Positions 49,927 to 60,866 of a DNA stretch of 64,000 nt are shown here, one piece after another. The notes under the pieces are model-generated. The model made no database searches. It was not told the DNA's origin and saw only the letters and a program-made list of their open reading frames with translations. The position numbers and the translations under genes were made by a program. Each line of letters starts with the position of its first letter. Within the stretch, counting starts at the first letter, position 1. This DNA comes from an uncultured Verrucomicrobiae bacterium (lineage in GTDB: Bacteria > Verrucomicrobiota > Verrucomicrobiia > Opitutales > JABDGR01): the NCBI GenBank assembly GCA_963765205.1, contig CAVXVB010000005.1, forward strand, positions 320,001 to 384,000. The letters run 5' to 3'.

Positions 49927-50498
49927 ACCTCCAGCAAATCCTGGCCAAGCTGAAGGCCTATCCCCTGGCGTTGTCGCTCTTTGGAGTGGCCATCCTGCTG
50001 GCTGGCTGGGCTTATTACCGGGACACCGGGGCGCTGCAGGATGCTTCCGCCGCGTTGGACCAGGCCACGCAGGACAACGACCGCTACAATCAGAATGTGG
50101 CCGCGGGCGAAAAAATTGACGACCACCTCGCCGAATTGGCGGCCGACGTAAAAAAATACAACGACGCGCTCATCAACACCACCGCGGTGGTGTTCAACCA
50201 GCAGTATTTCTACGATATCGGCGCGCCGGCCGGCGTTACCATTGTGAACCCCACCCAAGGCGCCACCGAGCCAAACAAGGACCCGTCCCGCCCGTCCGTC
50301 ACCACCTTCAATTTGACGGCCATTGGCCATTGGGATAGTATCGCCTCCTTTGTTTACGGCCTGCAGACCGGGCCGCACCTGATGCGCTTCAGCCGCTTCC
50401 GGCTGGTCAAGTCCCAACAATCGCGCAGCGCAACCAATACCACCGGCGATACCAACCTGCTGGAACTCACCCTTATTGTCGAAGTGCTTGGCCAATGA
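49923..50498 (+). CDS. PilO-like protein
   Basis: N-terminal TM, coiled coil, GHWDSIASFVYGLQ; operon position. Confidence 0.55.
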   Translation: MNLQQILAKLKAYPLALSLFGVAILLAGWAYYRDTGALQDASAALDQATQDNDRYNQNVAAGEKIDDHLAELAADVKKYNDALINTTAVVFNQQYFYDIGAPAGVTIVNPTQGATEPNKDPSRPSVTTFNLTAIGHWDSIASFVYGLQTGPHLMRFSRFRLVKSQQSRSATNTTGDTNLLELTLIVEVLGQ

Positions 50499-51196
50499 AA
50501 CATTTTCTCAACCACGATCGGTTTAGGCGTCTCGTCCGCTGGACGGCGGGCTGGGTCGTGGCCGTGGGGTTGGGCGTGCGGCTGCTGGCGGCCGATGTTC
50601 CGACCGATGCAGCGGCGCCGGCCCCGGCGCCCGGGGCGCCCGCTGCGGCGTCCGCCGGCACCTCGTCTGTGTTTTCCCCGCCCAAGGAGGGCGAGGTGGT
50701 CGCCCTCATTTTGCGCACCAAACTGCTGAACGTGGCCGACACTTTTATCGAGCGCGACAATCCGGGCCTGCTCGCCAAGCTCACCACCGCCGACGACCCC
50801 TTCTACGCCAAACTTCCCCCGCCACCCGCCGCGGAGGTGACGCCGGGAACCGGCGCGGGGAGTGCCGCCACGCCCCCCCCGCCGCCCAAGTTGACGGATG
50901 CAGACCGGCTCCAGCAAGTCGCCGCGGCGGCGATGCCCACCGGCCTGATCGAAGCCGCGAATGTGCGGCTCGTAACCTTTGCGAAGCGGGATCCCGTGCA
51001 AGTCGGCCAATCGTTTTCGGTGCAATTCCCGGACGAGGCCGCGCCGGCAATGATTCAAGTCGTTGACGCCGATGAATCCTCGTGCGTGCTCAAGCTCGGC
51101 GACACCACCCTATCCGCAGAGTATGTCGCCAACGCCTCGGCTGCGCCGGCCCCGCGTCCGGCCGCCCCGGCGTCCTCCACCTCTCAAACAAAATAA
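50495..51196 (+). CDS. Exported protein in the pilus operon (PilP position)
   Basis: Signal peptide, Pro/Ala-rich, DPFY motif. Confidence 0.5.
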   Translation: MKHFLNHDRFRRLVRWTAGWVVAVGLGVRLLAADVPTDAAAPAPAPGAPAAASAGTSSVFSPPKEGEVVALILRTKLLNVADTFIERDNPGLLAKLTTADDPFYAKLPPPPAAEVTPGTGAGSAATPPPPPKLTDADRLQQVAAAAMPTGLIEAANVRLVTFAKRDPVQVGQSFSVQFPDEAAPAMIQVVDADESSCVLKLGDTTLSAEYVANASAAPAPRPAAPASSTSQTK

Positions 51197-51220
51197 AGCT
51201 CACTTAACCAACCTTGCGCC

Positions 51221-53053
51221 ATGAAAGCCAACCGCACCCTCCTCGCTCTCTTCCTTGCCACTACCGTCGGGCTTGCCGCGCAAGACGCCCCCGCGCCGGC
51301 CCCGGCGCCCACGCCGGCCCCGGCACCCGCCGCAGATACCACCACCCCGCCCAATCCATTAGCGCCCGTGACGCCCGCGGCCGCGGCGCCCGCCCTCAAT
51401 GTGAGCCTGCCTTCGGATACGGCGAGCGTGGCCGCCGTGGATGCCGGCGGCGCGGCGACCAACGTCATGCACGTCGCGAAATTCCCCAATGAGGATATCC
51501 GCACCATCCTCACGAGCGTGGCCACCTTGTTTAACCTTAACGTCATCATCCCCGACACGCTCAGCGGCACGACCACCCTGCAACTGCACGATGTCACCTG
51601 GCAGCAAATTTTCAAATATGTCCTCGATCCCATCGGCTACACTTACACGATTGACGGCGCCGGCCCCAACGCCGTCATCCTCATCAAGAACAAGACGGAC
51701 ATCGCCGCCGAGCCGATGGAAACAATCGTCCACCCCGTCAACTCCGCCAAGGCTGACGAACTGGCCAAATCGCTGGTGCAATTCATTGACGCGACCTCGA
51801 AGCCACCCGAAACGATCATCCCGGACGTGCGCACGAACTCCCTAATCATCACCGCCCACCCCGGCAAGATGAGCGGCATCCTCGACGCGATTGACCGCTT
51901 GGACAAACCAACTGCGCAGGTTTTGATCGAAACGAAGTTCATCGAAGTGGACGCCAAAGACGAAAAAGACCTCGGCATTGATTGGAACTTCAACGGCACG
52001 CCCCTGGGTTCCGTCGCTTATGCCACCCAATACTCGATCTTTGAAGGCCTGCCCGCGCTCTACACCTCCGGCGCCCTGCCCAGCGCGTTCCCAGAGCAGA
52101 ATGTCACCGGCAACGTGTCGTCCACGCCGAGCACCAACCTCAACATCCTGCAGACCCCCTCCACCATCGGGGGCAACCTGCCGGTGGCGCCACGCAAGGC
52201 CCTCAGCCTGGCGGTCTTCAACCAGGCCCAATACAACGCCGTGCTCGAAGCCTTGCAGACCGCCTCGGACACCAAGTTGGTCTCCAACCCGACGGCGGTA
52301 ACCATGGACAACACGGAAATCACCATGGGTTCGGCGACAAATATCACGATGGTTTTTCCGACCATTAATAACCAAAGCGGTGTTTCCCAGCCCGGCAACA
52401 CCACCACCCTGACCGTCGGCATCACCATCAAAATCAAGCCGCATGTAACCAATGACGGTGACATCAACCTCACCCTCAACCCGGTGTTCAGCACCCTGAA
52501 TGGGCAAACCGACACTTATTTCGGCGCCAGTTATCCCGAGGTCGTCACCCGCAGCCTCACGGACGCCCAAGTCCGGGTCAAGGACGGTTTCACGCTTGCC
52601 ATCGGCGGCCTCATTGACGACCAGGACATCAAGTCCTCCTCGGGCGTGCCCATCCTGGCGGATATTCCCTTCATCGGTAATCTCTTCAAATCCAATCAAA
52701 CCACGCATCAGCGCGACAACCTCCTCATCTTTGTGACGGCCCGCACCCTCCCCAATGACGGCGGCAGCTATCGCGACTCGCTGGACCCCCAACTCATGTT
52801 GCGCAGCGGTGTCACCGCGGACGAAGTGCCCGGGTATTACAACACGAACCGCTCCGCCGACACCCCTGGCATGAGCTACCCCTCGGCCGATCAGTCGCAA
52901 GCCATGGAGGATGTGCAGAAGCTGCGCGACCAGGCCGCCGCCATCCAAAAGATGCAGGAATATCTGCAGCAGATGCAAGACGCCCAACAGGTGCTCAAAA
53001 ACGAGCAGGGTCCGCCGGCCAAGCCCATCACCACCACCCCGCTGCAGCGCTGA
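51221..53053 (+). CDS. Secretin (PilQ/GspD family)
   Basis: DVRTNSLII, LDKPTAQVLIETKFIEV, LAIGGLI, GVPILADIPFIGNLFKS, LLIFVT. Confidence 0.92.
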   Translation: MKANRTLLALFLATTVGLAAQDAPAPAPAPTPAPAPAADTTTPPNPLAPVTPAAAAPALNVSLPSDTASVAAVDAGGAATNVMHVAKFPNEDIRTILTSVATLFNLNVIIPDTLSGTTTLQLHDVTWQQIFKYVLDPIGYTYTIDGAGPNAVILIKNKTDIAAEPMETIVHPVNSAKADELAKSLVQFIDATSKPPETIIPDVRTNSLIITAHPGKMSGILDAIDRLDKPTAQVLIETKFIEVDAKDEKDLGIDWNFNGTPLGSVAYATQYSIFEGLPALYTSGALPSAFPEQNVTGNVSSTPSTNLNILQTPSTIGGNLPVAPRKALSLAVFNQAQYNAVLEALQTASDTKLVSNPTAVTMDNTEITMGSATNITMVFPTINNQSGVSQPGNTTTLTVGITIKIKPHVTNDGDINLTLNPVFSTLNGQTDTYFGASYPEVVTRSLTDAQVRVKDGFTLAIGGLIDDQDIKSSSGVPILADIPFIGNLFKSNQTTHQRDNLLIFVTARTLPNDGGSYRDSLDPQLMLRSGVTADEVPGYYNTNRSADTPGMSYPSADQSQAMEDVQKLRDQAAAIQKMQEYLQQMQDAQQVLKNEQGPPAKPITTTPLQR

Positions 53054-53115
53054 GGGCCGGGCGCGGGTTCACCCCGCAGCTTGCCAAGGCCTTGCCGAGG
53101 CGTTTCCCTGAGGGC

Positions 53116-55152
53116 ATGGACTTCCGTCTCGAAGCCGGCTTCGCTCCCACCGGCGACCAGCCCGCCGCCATCGCCGCGCTCGAAAAATCCCTGCGCGCGG
53201 GGAACCGCTTTCAAACCCTCCTCGGCGTCACCGGCTCCGGCAAGACTTTCACGATGGCCAACCTGGTCGCGCGCCTCCAGCGCCCGGCCCTCATCATCTC
53301 GCACAACAAGACCCTCGCCGCCCAACTCTACAGCGAATTCAAGGCCTTCTTCCCCGACAACGCGGTCGAGTATTTCGTCAGTTACTACGATTATTACCAG
53401 CCCGAGGCCTACGTCCCGCAGACGGACACCTACATCGAAAAAGACTCCTCGATCAACGACGAGATCGAGCGCCTGCGCATCTCCGCCACCAGCGCGCTCA
53501 TCAGCCGGCGCGATGTCATCGTGGTCGCCAGCGTGTCCTGCATCTATGGCCTCGGCTCGCCCGAGGACTTCCGCGCGATGATGATCCCCCTCGCCCCCGG
53601 CGCCGAGTTCCCGCGCGAGTCCTTTCTCGAACGCCTCGTCGAAAACCTTTACGAGCGCAACGACATCGCGCTCGAACGCGGCAAGTTCCGCGCCCGCGGC
53701 GAGGTCGTGGATGTATTCCCCGCCTACATGGAAACGGCCCTGCGCGTCGAGTTCTGGGGCGGCGTCATCGAGTCCCTCCGCCCGCTGGATCCGCTGACGG
53801 GCGACACCGGCGCGCCGCTCGAAAAATTCAGCCTCTACCCCGCCAACCAGTATATCACGCCGCGGCACAAACTCGCCGCCGCCGTCGCCGGCATCCGCGC
53901 CGAACTCGAGGCCCAGGTGTCGTTTTTCGAAAAGCAAAACCGCCTGGTCGAGGCCCAGCGCATCCGCATGCGCACGGAATACGATTTGGAAATGCTCTCG
54001 GAAATGGGCTTTTGCAGTGGCATCGAGAATTATTCCCGCCACATCTCCGGCCGCGCGCCCGGCTCGCGCCCGTGGTGCCTCATTGATTTTTTCCCGCCGG
54101 ACTTCCTCCTCTTTATTGACGAAAGCCATGCCACCGTCCCGCAAATTGGCGGCATGTATGCCGGCGACCGCTCGCGCAAATCGCGCCTCGTGGACTTTGG
54201 CTTCCGCCTGCCCTCCGCGCTCGACAACCGCCCGCTCGACGCCAAGGAGTTTTTGGAGGTCACCGGCCAGACCGTCTATGTTTCCGCGACGCCCGCGCCC
54301 TACGAGTTGAAAAATTCCGCCGTCGTCGCCGAGCAACTCATCCGTCCGACCGGACTGCTCGACCCGCCGATGGAAGTGCGCCCGATTCGCGGCCAGGTCG
54401 AAAACCTCCTCGGCGAAATCCAGGCTGCCGTTGCGCAACACGAGCGCGTCCTCGTCACCACGCTCACCAAGCGCATGGCCGAGGACCTCGCCACTTATTT
54501 GCGCGATGCCAAGGTGCGCGTCGAATACCTGCACAGCGACATTGACGCGCTCGAACGCGTCGAAATTCTGCGCCGCCTGCGCGCGGGCGAGTTCGACGTG
54601 CTGGTCGGCGTCAACCTGCTGCGCGAGGGTCTCGACCTGCCCGAAGTCGCGCTCGTCGCCATCCTCGACGCCGACAAGGAAGGTTTCCTGCGCAGCGAGA
54701 CGAGCCTCATCCAGACCTCCGGCCGCGCCGCTCGCCATGTGCAGGGCCGCGTGCTGCTCTACGCCGATGTGATGACGGAATCGCTCAAGCGCGCCCTGGC
54801 CGTCTCGCGTTACCGCCGCGAACGGCAGCTCGCCTACAACACGGAGCACGGCATCACCCCGCGCGGCATCTCGCGCGGTGTGCAATCCAGCCTGCATGTT
54901 TACGCGGACGCCGTGCCCGACCCGGTCAGCGTCGCCGAGGCGCACGGCGACCGCGATGTCGCCGCGGTACTCGCCGAACTCGAGCAGGAAATGCTCGACG
55001 CCGCGGGCAAGCTCGAATTCGAGCGCGCGGCAATTCTGCGCGACCAAATCGAAGCCCTCAAAGCCGGCTACGCCGGGAAGCCATTGCCGCCCCGCCGCGC
55101 TCGCGCCGAATATCGTTATCCGAAAAGCAGTAATAAGAAAAAGAAGGGATAA
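53116..55152 (+). CDS. uvrB: Excinuclease ABC subunit B
   Basis: [63 protein letters not shown]. Confidence 0.97.
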   Translation: MDFRLEAGFAPTGDQPAAIAALEKSLRAGNRFQTLLGVTGSGKTFTMANLVARLQRPALIISHNKTLAAQLYSEFKAFFPDNAVEYFVSYYDYYQPEAYVPQTDTYIEKDSSINDEIERLRISATSALISRRDVIVVASVSCIYGLGSPEDFRAMMIPLAPGAEFPRESFLERLVENLYERNDIALERGKFRARGEVVDVFPAYMETALRVEFWGGVIESLRPLDPLTGDTGAPLEKFSLYPANQYITPRHKLAAAVAGIRAELEAQVSFFEKQNRLVEAQRIRMRTEYDLEMLSEMGFCSGIENYSRHISGRAPGSRPWCLIDFFPPDFLLFIDESHATVPQIGGMYAGDRSRKSRLVDFGFRLPSALDNRPLDAKEFLEVTGQTVYVSATPAPYELKNSAVVAEQLIRPTGLLDPPMEVRPIRGQVENLLGEIQAAVAQHERVLVTTLTKRMAEDLATYLRDAKVRVEYLHSDIDALERVEILRRLRAGEFDVLVGVNLLREGLDLPEVALVAILDADKEGFLRSETSLIQTSGRAARHVQGRVLLYADVMTESLKRALAVSRYRRERQLAYNTEHGITPRGISRGVQSSLHVYADAVPDPVSVAEAHGDRDVAAVLAELEQEMLDAAGKLEFERAAILRDQIEALKAGYAGKPLPPRRARAEYRYPKSSNKKKKG

Positions 55153-55205
55153 TCATGGAGCACGCGGAGAAGACGGAACCGGTGCTCGATCGGTTGGTTT
55201 CGTTT

Positions 55206-55426
55206 TTTGCCCCGCAGGGGCAAAGGAATCCAGCCCAGGGCTTCGTGCAGCGAAACCCTGGGGATGAATGTCATAAAATATCTTGCGCCCTGTCCGGGCG
55301 CAGGAGCGGTGCCCAATTTCCTCCGCCCCGTCAGGGCGGGAATTTATGTTCGACCGTTGACCCAGGGTTTCTCCCGCAAGGCGGGATTAACCCTGGGCTT
55401 GGCTCCTTCGCCCCGTTGGGGCGAAA
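55206..55426. repeat. Composite palindromic REP-like element
   Basis: tttgccccgcaggggcaaa, cccaggg...ccctggg twice, and terminal ttcgccccgttggggcgaa. Confidence 0.65.
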
Positions 55427-55498
55427 AAACCAAAACCAAATTTATACACCTCCTCGCCGCTTGCCTTTGCGCTTGGCCCCGTCATCTTAAACTCGGAT

Positions 55499-56578
55499 AT
55501 GAAAATTCTCCCCGTTGCGCTGAGGCTTGCGGCCTTTGGCTTGCTCGCGTGCCACACCAGCTATGCCGCCGTCACCGTTGTCCCTCCACAGTTCACAGAT
55601 ATGGACTTTGCGGCACTGGTCAACGATGACCAAGCCAGCATCATCCACATGGACGGCCAGGGCCACGCCATAGTCGAGCCGCTGGACTTCCTAAAGGGCC
55701 ACGCTGTGTTGGGCTGGGCGATGGCCAACTTGGATCAGGTTGTTACTTGCGAGCTAAACGCAGCCAACTCGACCGAACTGGAGTTTAAGTATTACCAGCA
55801 CTTGGTTTTGCAGCAAACATTTCGATTTCCAGTCACCAGTAATCTTCAGTTGCATGCCCCAATTTGGATGTTTTTGTTACCCGAGAAGAATTGCCTTCTG
55901 TTCAAGCCGTGGGCGCAGAGTGCAAATATCCTAATTAGAATTGATCTTACGACTGGTGCCAGGAAAGAGTTAACCATTACCTCGAAACTGAAGGGGCAAT
56001 CCCCGACGGGAATCGTTGAAAATCCCTTATGGGATTCGAAACATGGTAATTTGATCGTAGCCGTTGAGGAAAATGTGCCAAATCGAAACTCCACGCAACC
56101 CTTTTGGGCCCGACTGGATTCGGACGATGCTTCTCTTAAGGGCGAAACGCCGTGGGAAGAAGGGCCACTTGTCTATGATGCCGACGTTAGCCAATTGCTT
56201 TATTACGACCAAGCCAGTGACGATGTGATTTTCTATGGAGTGTGGGGCAATATGGCCACCGTCTTATTAAATGGAGGCGCACCGAGCTTTAATACGATGC
56301 CCCTCAATTCAGGCCATCCGAAGGTGCTCATGGAGGAGATTGGGATGCAACCCTACCAACCCATGATCTCCACGAATTATATTGCCATCATCAACCGGCG
56401 CTACGTGGTCATGACGCGGGTGATCCATAACCCGCGGCTGGGTGACGGTGATCCCCGCACCTTTCTAATAGACCTGCAAAACCACGGCGTGCAGATGCTG
56501 GACATGCCTTATGTGACCTGGCCCATCAGCCAGGATGGATTGCATATTGATAATCCGCCAAAAAGCGACCAGCCTTAG
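55499..56578 (+). CDS. Hypothetical secreted protein, lower GC
   Basis: Signal peptide (SYA-A); no recognised motif. Confidence 0.65.
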   Translation: MKILPVALRLAAFGLLACHTSYAAVTVVPPQFTDMDFAALVNDDQASIIHMDGQGHAIVEPLDFLKGHAVLGWAMANLDQVVTCELNAANSTELEFKYYQHLVLQQTFRFPVTSNLQLHAPIWMFLLPEKNCLLFKPWAQSANILIRIDLTTGARKELTITSKLKGQSPTGIVENPLWDSKHGNLIVAVEENVPNRNSTQPFWARLDSDDASLKGETPWEEGPLVYDADVSQLLYYDQASDDVIFYGVWGNMATVLLNGGAPSFNTMPLNSGHPKVLMEEIGMQPYQPMISTNYIAIINRRYVVMTRVIHNPRLGDGDPRTFLIDLQNHGVQMLDMPYVTWPISQDGLHIDNPPKSDQP

Positions 56579-56751
56579 GCAGTGGCTTCAATCTCCGATG
56601 CAACCATTCCTTCGCCTTACCGTGCGCATCTTGGACAAACATGATCGGAGCGCGGGCTAAAGCACCGCGCTACGCATCAAGCCAGCCTGACGGCCCGACT
56701 TTGTTTTTCAACGCCTTTGTCCCTCTGCTCCTTTGTCCCTTTCTTCCCCCC

Positions 56752-57474
56752 ATGACCTATTTTCGCTTCCATCTTTTCTTCAACATTCCGGTGCTGGCCA
56801 TCCTGCTGGCGTGGCCGGCGGGCCACGCGTTTGGCCTGAGCCAATGGGTGGCCGTGGCGTGGGTGCTGTTGGCGGTGTATGCTTTCACGACGCCGTGGGA
56901 CTATTACGCGGTGGGGCAGGGGATGTGGAATTTCGCCGAGGGCAAGCATTGGAAGCGCGTCTGGCGGCTGCCGGTCGAGGAATATCTTTTTTTCGGCCTG
57001 CAAACCATCGAGGTCTTGCTCCTCGTAAACGGCCTCATCGGGCTGCGCTGGGGCGCCGACTCCTGGCCGATGCCGGCGCTGAACAGCCCGGTGGTTTTGA
57101 GCATGCTCGGCGCGCTGGCGGTGGTCTGGATTTTTCTGCGCCTGGTCGGCGTGCGCCGCCCGCGGCGCTTCAACTATGCGTGGCATTTGTTTTATTGGTT
57201 CCTGCCGGTGCTCGCCGCGCAATGGATCATCGGCTGGGGCATCCTCGCCCCGCGCTGGCCGCTGCTGCTCGTGCCCACCTTCGCCGTTGGGCTGTGGCTG
57301 ACGGTGGCCGACCTGGCGGCGGTGCGCTCCGGCCTGTGGTATTTCGACCACAAGCAAGTCACCGGCCTGCGCCTCTTCGGCATCCTGCCATGGGAAGAGG
57401 CGGCGTTTTTCCTCCTCACCAGTTTGCTCGTTGCGCAAAGTTATTTACTGCTGCTGCCGGAAGCGGCGCGGTGA
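56752..57474 (+). CDS. Lycopene cyclase domain-containing membrane protein
   Basis: Two repeats: FTTPWDYYAV...W...LPVEEYLFF and ADLAAV..GLWYF...LPWEEAAFF. Confidence 0.85.
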   Translation: MTYFRFHLFFNIPVLAILLAWPAGHAFGLSQWVAVAWVLLAVYAFTTPWDYYAVGQGMWNFAEGKHWKRVWRLPVEEYLFFGLQTIEVLLLVNGLIGLRWGADSWPMPALNSPVVLSMLGALAVVWIFLRLVGVRRPRRFNYAWHLFYWFLPVLAAQWIIGWGILAPRWPLLLVPTFAVGLWLTVADLAAVRSGLWYFDHKQVTGLRLFGILPWEEAAFFLLTSLLVAQSYLLLLPEAAR

Positions 57475-57492
57475 AGTGCAGTGAAGTTGCCC

Positions 57493-57617
57493 AAACGCTC
57501 AACTTTTAACGTTCAACGCTCAAGTTTGGCGGCAAACCAAGTTTCCAACCTATCTGCCCATGAGTGGGAGTTTACTTATTTGAGCGTTAGACGTTAAGTG
57601 TTAAACGTTGAGCGTTC
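57493..57617. repeat. Inverted heptamer arrays (AACGCTC/TTGAGCG)
   Basis: aacgctc aactttt aacgttc aacgctc ... ttgagcg ttagacg ttaagtg ttaaacg ttgagcg. Confidence 0.75.
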
Positions 57618-57738
57618 TTGGCGTCGCCTTGCACGGAAGCTGCTCCAAGCTCCCCTACTCGCGCGATCTCGCCGCCGCCGTTCACCCGCCACTTGCCTTT
57701 TTTTTCCAGCCCCTTTACCCTATTCTTCAATTCCCGCC

Positions 57739-58068
57739 ATGCACCCCCCCGTCGGCATCAAGCGCGCCCCGTTGGCCGCGACCTCCCAGCCGGGCCTCGC
57801 GCCGGACCGGAGCACACGCACCGTGCCCGCGCTCGAATCTTCGTGGAAGGTGGTCGTGATGAACGACGATGTGAATTTGATGACCTACGTCGTGCATGTT
57901 TTTCGCAAGGTGTTCGGCTACGAGACGGAGCGCGCGCGGCGGCACATGCTCGAAGTTCACCAACAAGGCCGCTCGGTCGTCTGGTCGGGCGCGCGCGAGG
58001 CCGCCGAGCACTACGTTCACCAGCTCCAGCAATGGCATTTGCGCGCGCAATTGGAGTCCCATGTCTGA
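57739..58068 (+). CDS. clpS: ATP-dependent Clp protease adaptor ClpS
   Basis: WKVVVMNDDVNLMTYVVHVFRKVFG...MLEVHQQGRSVV...AEHY. Confidence 0.9.
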   Translation: MHPPVGIKRAPLAATSQPGLAPDRSTRTVPALESSWKVVVMNDDVNLMTYVVHVFRKVFGYETERARRHMLEVHQQGRSVVWSGAREAAEHYVHQLQQWHLRAQLESHV

Positions 58069-58561
58069 GTTGCCCGCACGTTCCGCCGCGCCGGTGGTCC
58101 GGCTGCGCTTTTCCGCGCCGTTGCGGGAGCTGCTCGTGGCGATGGTAGGGCGCGTCCACGTCGCCGCGTCCGCCGCAATGGATGAGCTGAAGCCGTCCGC
58201 GCGCCAGCCGGCTGATTGGCCCGATCCGGAATTGGACGCCGCATGGGCCGCGGGCTTGCGCGAGCGCGAAGAATACGACACGCGCGCACTGCTCAGCCTC
58301 GTGATGAACCCTAATTTTGGCGTCGCCGATTTGCCGATCACCCCCTCTGCTGCCGAGGCTATTGCGCGCGCCAGCGTGCGCGTGCGCCTGCACTTGCGCG
58401 AGACGCTCCTGCGCGATTTGAATGCTCTGGAAGTGGACGGCGACCTCGATATTTTCCGCCTCCCAGCGGTCGAGCAGCAAGGCTATGCCTGCTTCCGCCT
58501 CCTCGCGCACCTGGAGGAAGACCTTATTTTGCAATTGGATCCGGGTTTGGCGAAATCATAG
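58061..58561 (+). CDS. Hypothetical protein coupled to clpS (DUF2017-like)
   Basis: Overlaps the clpS stop; helical acidic protein with VRLHLRE. Confidence 0.55.
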   Translation: MSELPARSAAPVVRLRFSAPLRELLVAMVGRVHVAASAAMDELKPSARQPADWPDPELDAAWAAGLREREEYDTRALLSLVMNPNFGVADLPITPSAAEAIARASVRVRLHLRETLLRDLNALEVDGDLDIFRLPAVEQQGYACFRLLAHLEEDLILQLDPGLAKS

Positions 58562-58593
58562 GGATGTTTTTTGAAACTCCGGGAAGTTGTTGA

Positions 58594-58673
58594 AATGGAA
58601 GATGGAAAATGGAAGATGGAAAAAGAAAACCAAGAATTCAGGCGAGTTCGTTTTTCCATTTTCCATCTTCCAT
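58594..58673. repeat. Inverted heptamer arrays (AATGGAA/TTTTCCA)
   Basis: aatggaa gatggaa aatggaa gatggaa ... ttttcca ttttcca tcttcca; same unit at 33914-33943. Confidence 0.75.
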
Positions 58674-58685
58674 TATTTTCCGCCC

Positions 58686-60356
58686 ATGCTTCAATTCCTC
58701 CGCATCCGCAACCTGGCGCTCGTCGAGCGCGCCGAGCTGGAATTCAGTGCCGGCTTTACCGCCGTCACCGGCGAGACCGGCGCGGGCAAGAGCGTCCTGC
58801 TCGGCGCGCTGAGCCTGCTGGCCGGCAACCGGGCGGACAAGACGGTCATCCGCCAGGGCGCGGAGGCGTGCGAGGCGGAAGGCGTGCTGTCCTTCGTCGG
58901 CGCGGCGCTCGCGCGGGTCAACGCGCTGCTGGAAAAACTCGGCCTGCCCGTGTGCGAGGACGGCACGCTGGTGCTGCGGCGTTCGCTCGCGGCCGCGAAA
59001 GCCCCGCGCATTCAAATCAACGGCGCGCTGGCCACGCTGGGCGCGTTGCAGGAGCTGGGCGAAAACTGGGTGGACTTTCACGGCCCCGGCGAGCCGCAAA
59101 AACTTTTTCAGGAAAAACACCAGCGCGAGATGCTCGATGCCTTTGGCCGGATCGAGGAGCCCGCCGCCCAATTCGCCGCGCATTATCAAGCCTGGCGCGA
59201 CGGCCTGCGCGAAGCCGAAGAGCTGTCCCGCGCCGGGCGGATGTCGCCCGACGAAATTGAATTCGCCCGCCTGCAAATCGCGCGCCTCGACCAGCTCGAC
59301 CCTACACCGGAAAACATTGCCGCGCTGGAACGTGATTTCAACCGGGCGGACAAGGCGCAGGAACTCGCCGCCCTCGCCACGCAGCTCGAAAACGGCCTGG
59401 CAGGCGAGGAGAGTGTGGCGGCGAAATTTCCTGCGCTGGTGCGCGCCGCGCGCGAACTGGCCGTGCTGGATCCCACCGCCGCCCCGCTCGCGCAGCGGCT
59501 CGAGGCCGCCGTCGTCGAATTGCAGGAACTCGGTGGCGATTTTGGACGCCTTGGCGAGGGCCTCGAATTCGACGAAGCCGCCGCGCGCGCCCTCCAGGAG
59601 CGCATGAGCCTGTGGCTGGAACTCCAGCGCCGCTACGGCGCGGACGCCACCGCCTTGCGCGCCAAGCGCGACGAACTGGCCCGCAAAGTTTCCGCCCAAT
59701 CCGACATCGAAGGCACCCTCGCCCGGCTCGCTGCGGAATCCGCCGCGCGTGAAAAAGCGTTGCGGCGCGAGGCCGCAAAATTACGCGAGGCCCGCGCCGC
59801 CGCCGCGCAATCCCTTGAGAAAAAAGCCGCGCGCCTGCTCAAGGCCCTCGGCTTCAAGCAAGCCGGCTTGAGCATCGCCGTCACCGCCGCGCCCGAATTG
59901 CGCGAACACGGCGACAGCCGGATTGAATTTCTCTTTGCGCCCAATCCCGGCCAGGCGCCGCTGCCGCTCAACAAAATCGCCTCGAGCGGCGAGACCGCGC
60001 GCGTGATGCTCGCGCTCAAGGCCGTGCTCGCCGAGGCCGACGCCACGCCGCTGCTCGTGTTCGACGAGGTGGACGCCAATGTCGGCGGTGAAATTGGCGC
60101 GGCGGTCGGGCGCGAACTGGCCGCGCTCGGCGTGAAGCACCAAGTCTTTTGCGTTACGCACCTGCCGCAAGTAGCCGCCCGCGCCGCCCGGCACTTCGTG
60201 GTCGAAAAACACCACGCTGCGCGCGCGACCACCATCGCCATTCGCGACCTGCCGGTTGATTCCCCCGCGCGGGTGGACGAATTGGCGCGGATGCTCGGCG
60301 ACCGCTCCGCGAAGTCCGCCCAGCAACACGCCCGGGCGCTGCTGGCAGCGGAGTAG
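58686..60356 (+). CDS. recN: DNA repair protein RecN
   Basis: TGETGAGKS, ASSGETARVMLA, LVFDEVDANVGG, VTHLPQVAA, ELARMLG. Confidence 0.96.
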   Translation: MLQFLRIRNLALVERAELEFSAGFTAVTGETGAGKSVLLGALSLLAGNRADKTVIRQGAEACEAEGVLSFVGAALARVNALLEKLGLPVCEDGTLVLRRSLAAAKAPRIQINGALATLGALQELGENWVDFHGPGEPQKLFQEKHQREMLDAFGRIEEPAAQFAAHYQAWRDGLREAEELSRAGRMSPDEIEFARLQIARLDQLDPTPENIAALERDFNRADKAQELAALATQLENGLAGEESVAAKFPALVRAARELAVLDPTAAPLAQRLEAAVVELQELGGDFGRLGEGLEFDEAAARALQERMSLWLELQRRYGADATALRAKRDELARKVSAQSDIEGTLARLAAESAAREKALRREAAKLREARAAAAQSLEKKAARLLKALGFKQAGLSIAVTAAPELREHGDSRIEFLFAPNPGQAPLPLNKIASSGETARVMLALKAVLAEADATPLLVFDEVDANVGGEIGAAVGRELAALGVKHQVFCVTHLPQVAARAARHFVVEKHHAARATTIAIRDLPVDSPARVDELARMLGDRSAKSAQQHARALLAAE

Positions 60357-60439
60357 CGTCGGCGCATTTTCACTATTTATTACGGACTTGCGCGCGGGTG
60401 CGGCTTCCTGTAACTTTACCCATCGTTCCTCCCACCCCC

Positions 60440-60862
60440 ATGCGACGACTCAACCTCGGTCTGGCCTTGCTGTTATTGGTCGTGGCGATTCTCGTCATCG
60501 CGCCCACCGTCGTTTTTTGGTATCTGTGGGGCCCTGAGGCGGTCATGCATCATTGGGCGTGGGTCACCTATCTTTTCTTTTTGACCCTGCTCGGAACCGT
60601 GCTGGTTTTGACGGCCCGCATAAAGCCGGGGCAGCCGGAACGAGTCAACCGCGGCCCCAAACGCCGCCTGCGGTTGGGCTTCGCGGCATTCGGCTTGGTG
60701 GCGGCGATTTTAATCATCGCGCCCACCGCCGCGTTCGGAAAAATTTTCGGCCTCGACGCCGTGGTGGCCTATTGGGGCAGCGTCATTCTGCTGGTGTTGA
60801 TGACGTTTGCCGGGCTGTTTTTGATTTTCACCGACAAGGGCCGCGTCCGCCAGAATTCCTGA
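60440..60862 (+). CDS. Hypothetical 4-TM membrane protein with internal duplication
   Basis: Two similar halves: AILVIAPTVVF..WGPEAV..HW and AILIIAPTAAF..FGLDAV..YW. Confidence 0.65.
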   Translation: MRRLNLGLALLLLVVAILVIAPTVVFWYLWGPEAVMHHWAWVTYLFFLTLLGTVLVLTARIKPGQPERVNRGPKRRLRLGFAAFGLVAAILIIAPTAAFGKIFGLDAVVAYWGSVILLVLMTFAGLFLIFTDKGRVRQNS

Positions 60863-60866
60863 GTTT

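Noticed and set aside
58587..58685. N-terminal extensions of recN, pheT, dnaG and the CzcA-like ORF in the ORF track
   Set aside because: They translate intergenic repeats or upstream DNA; the conserved N-termini start downstream
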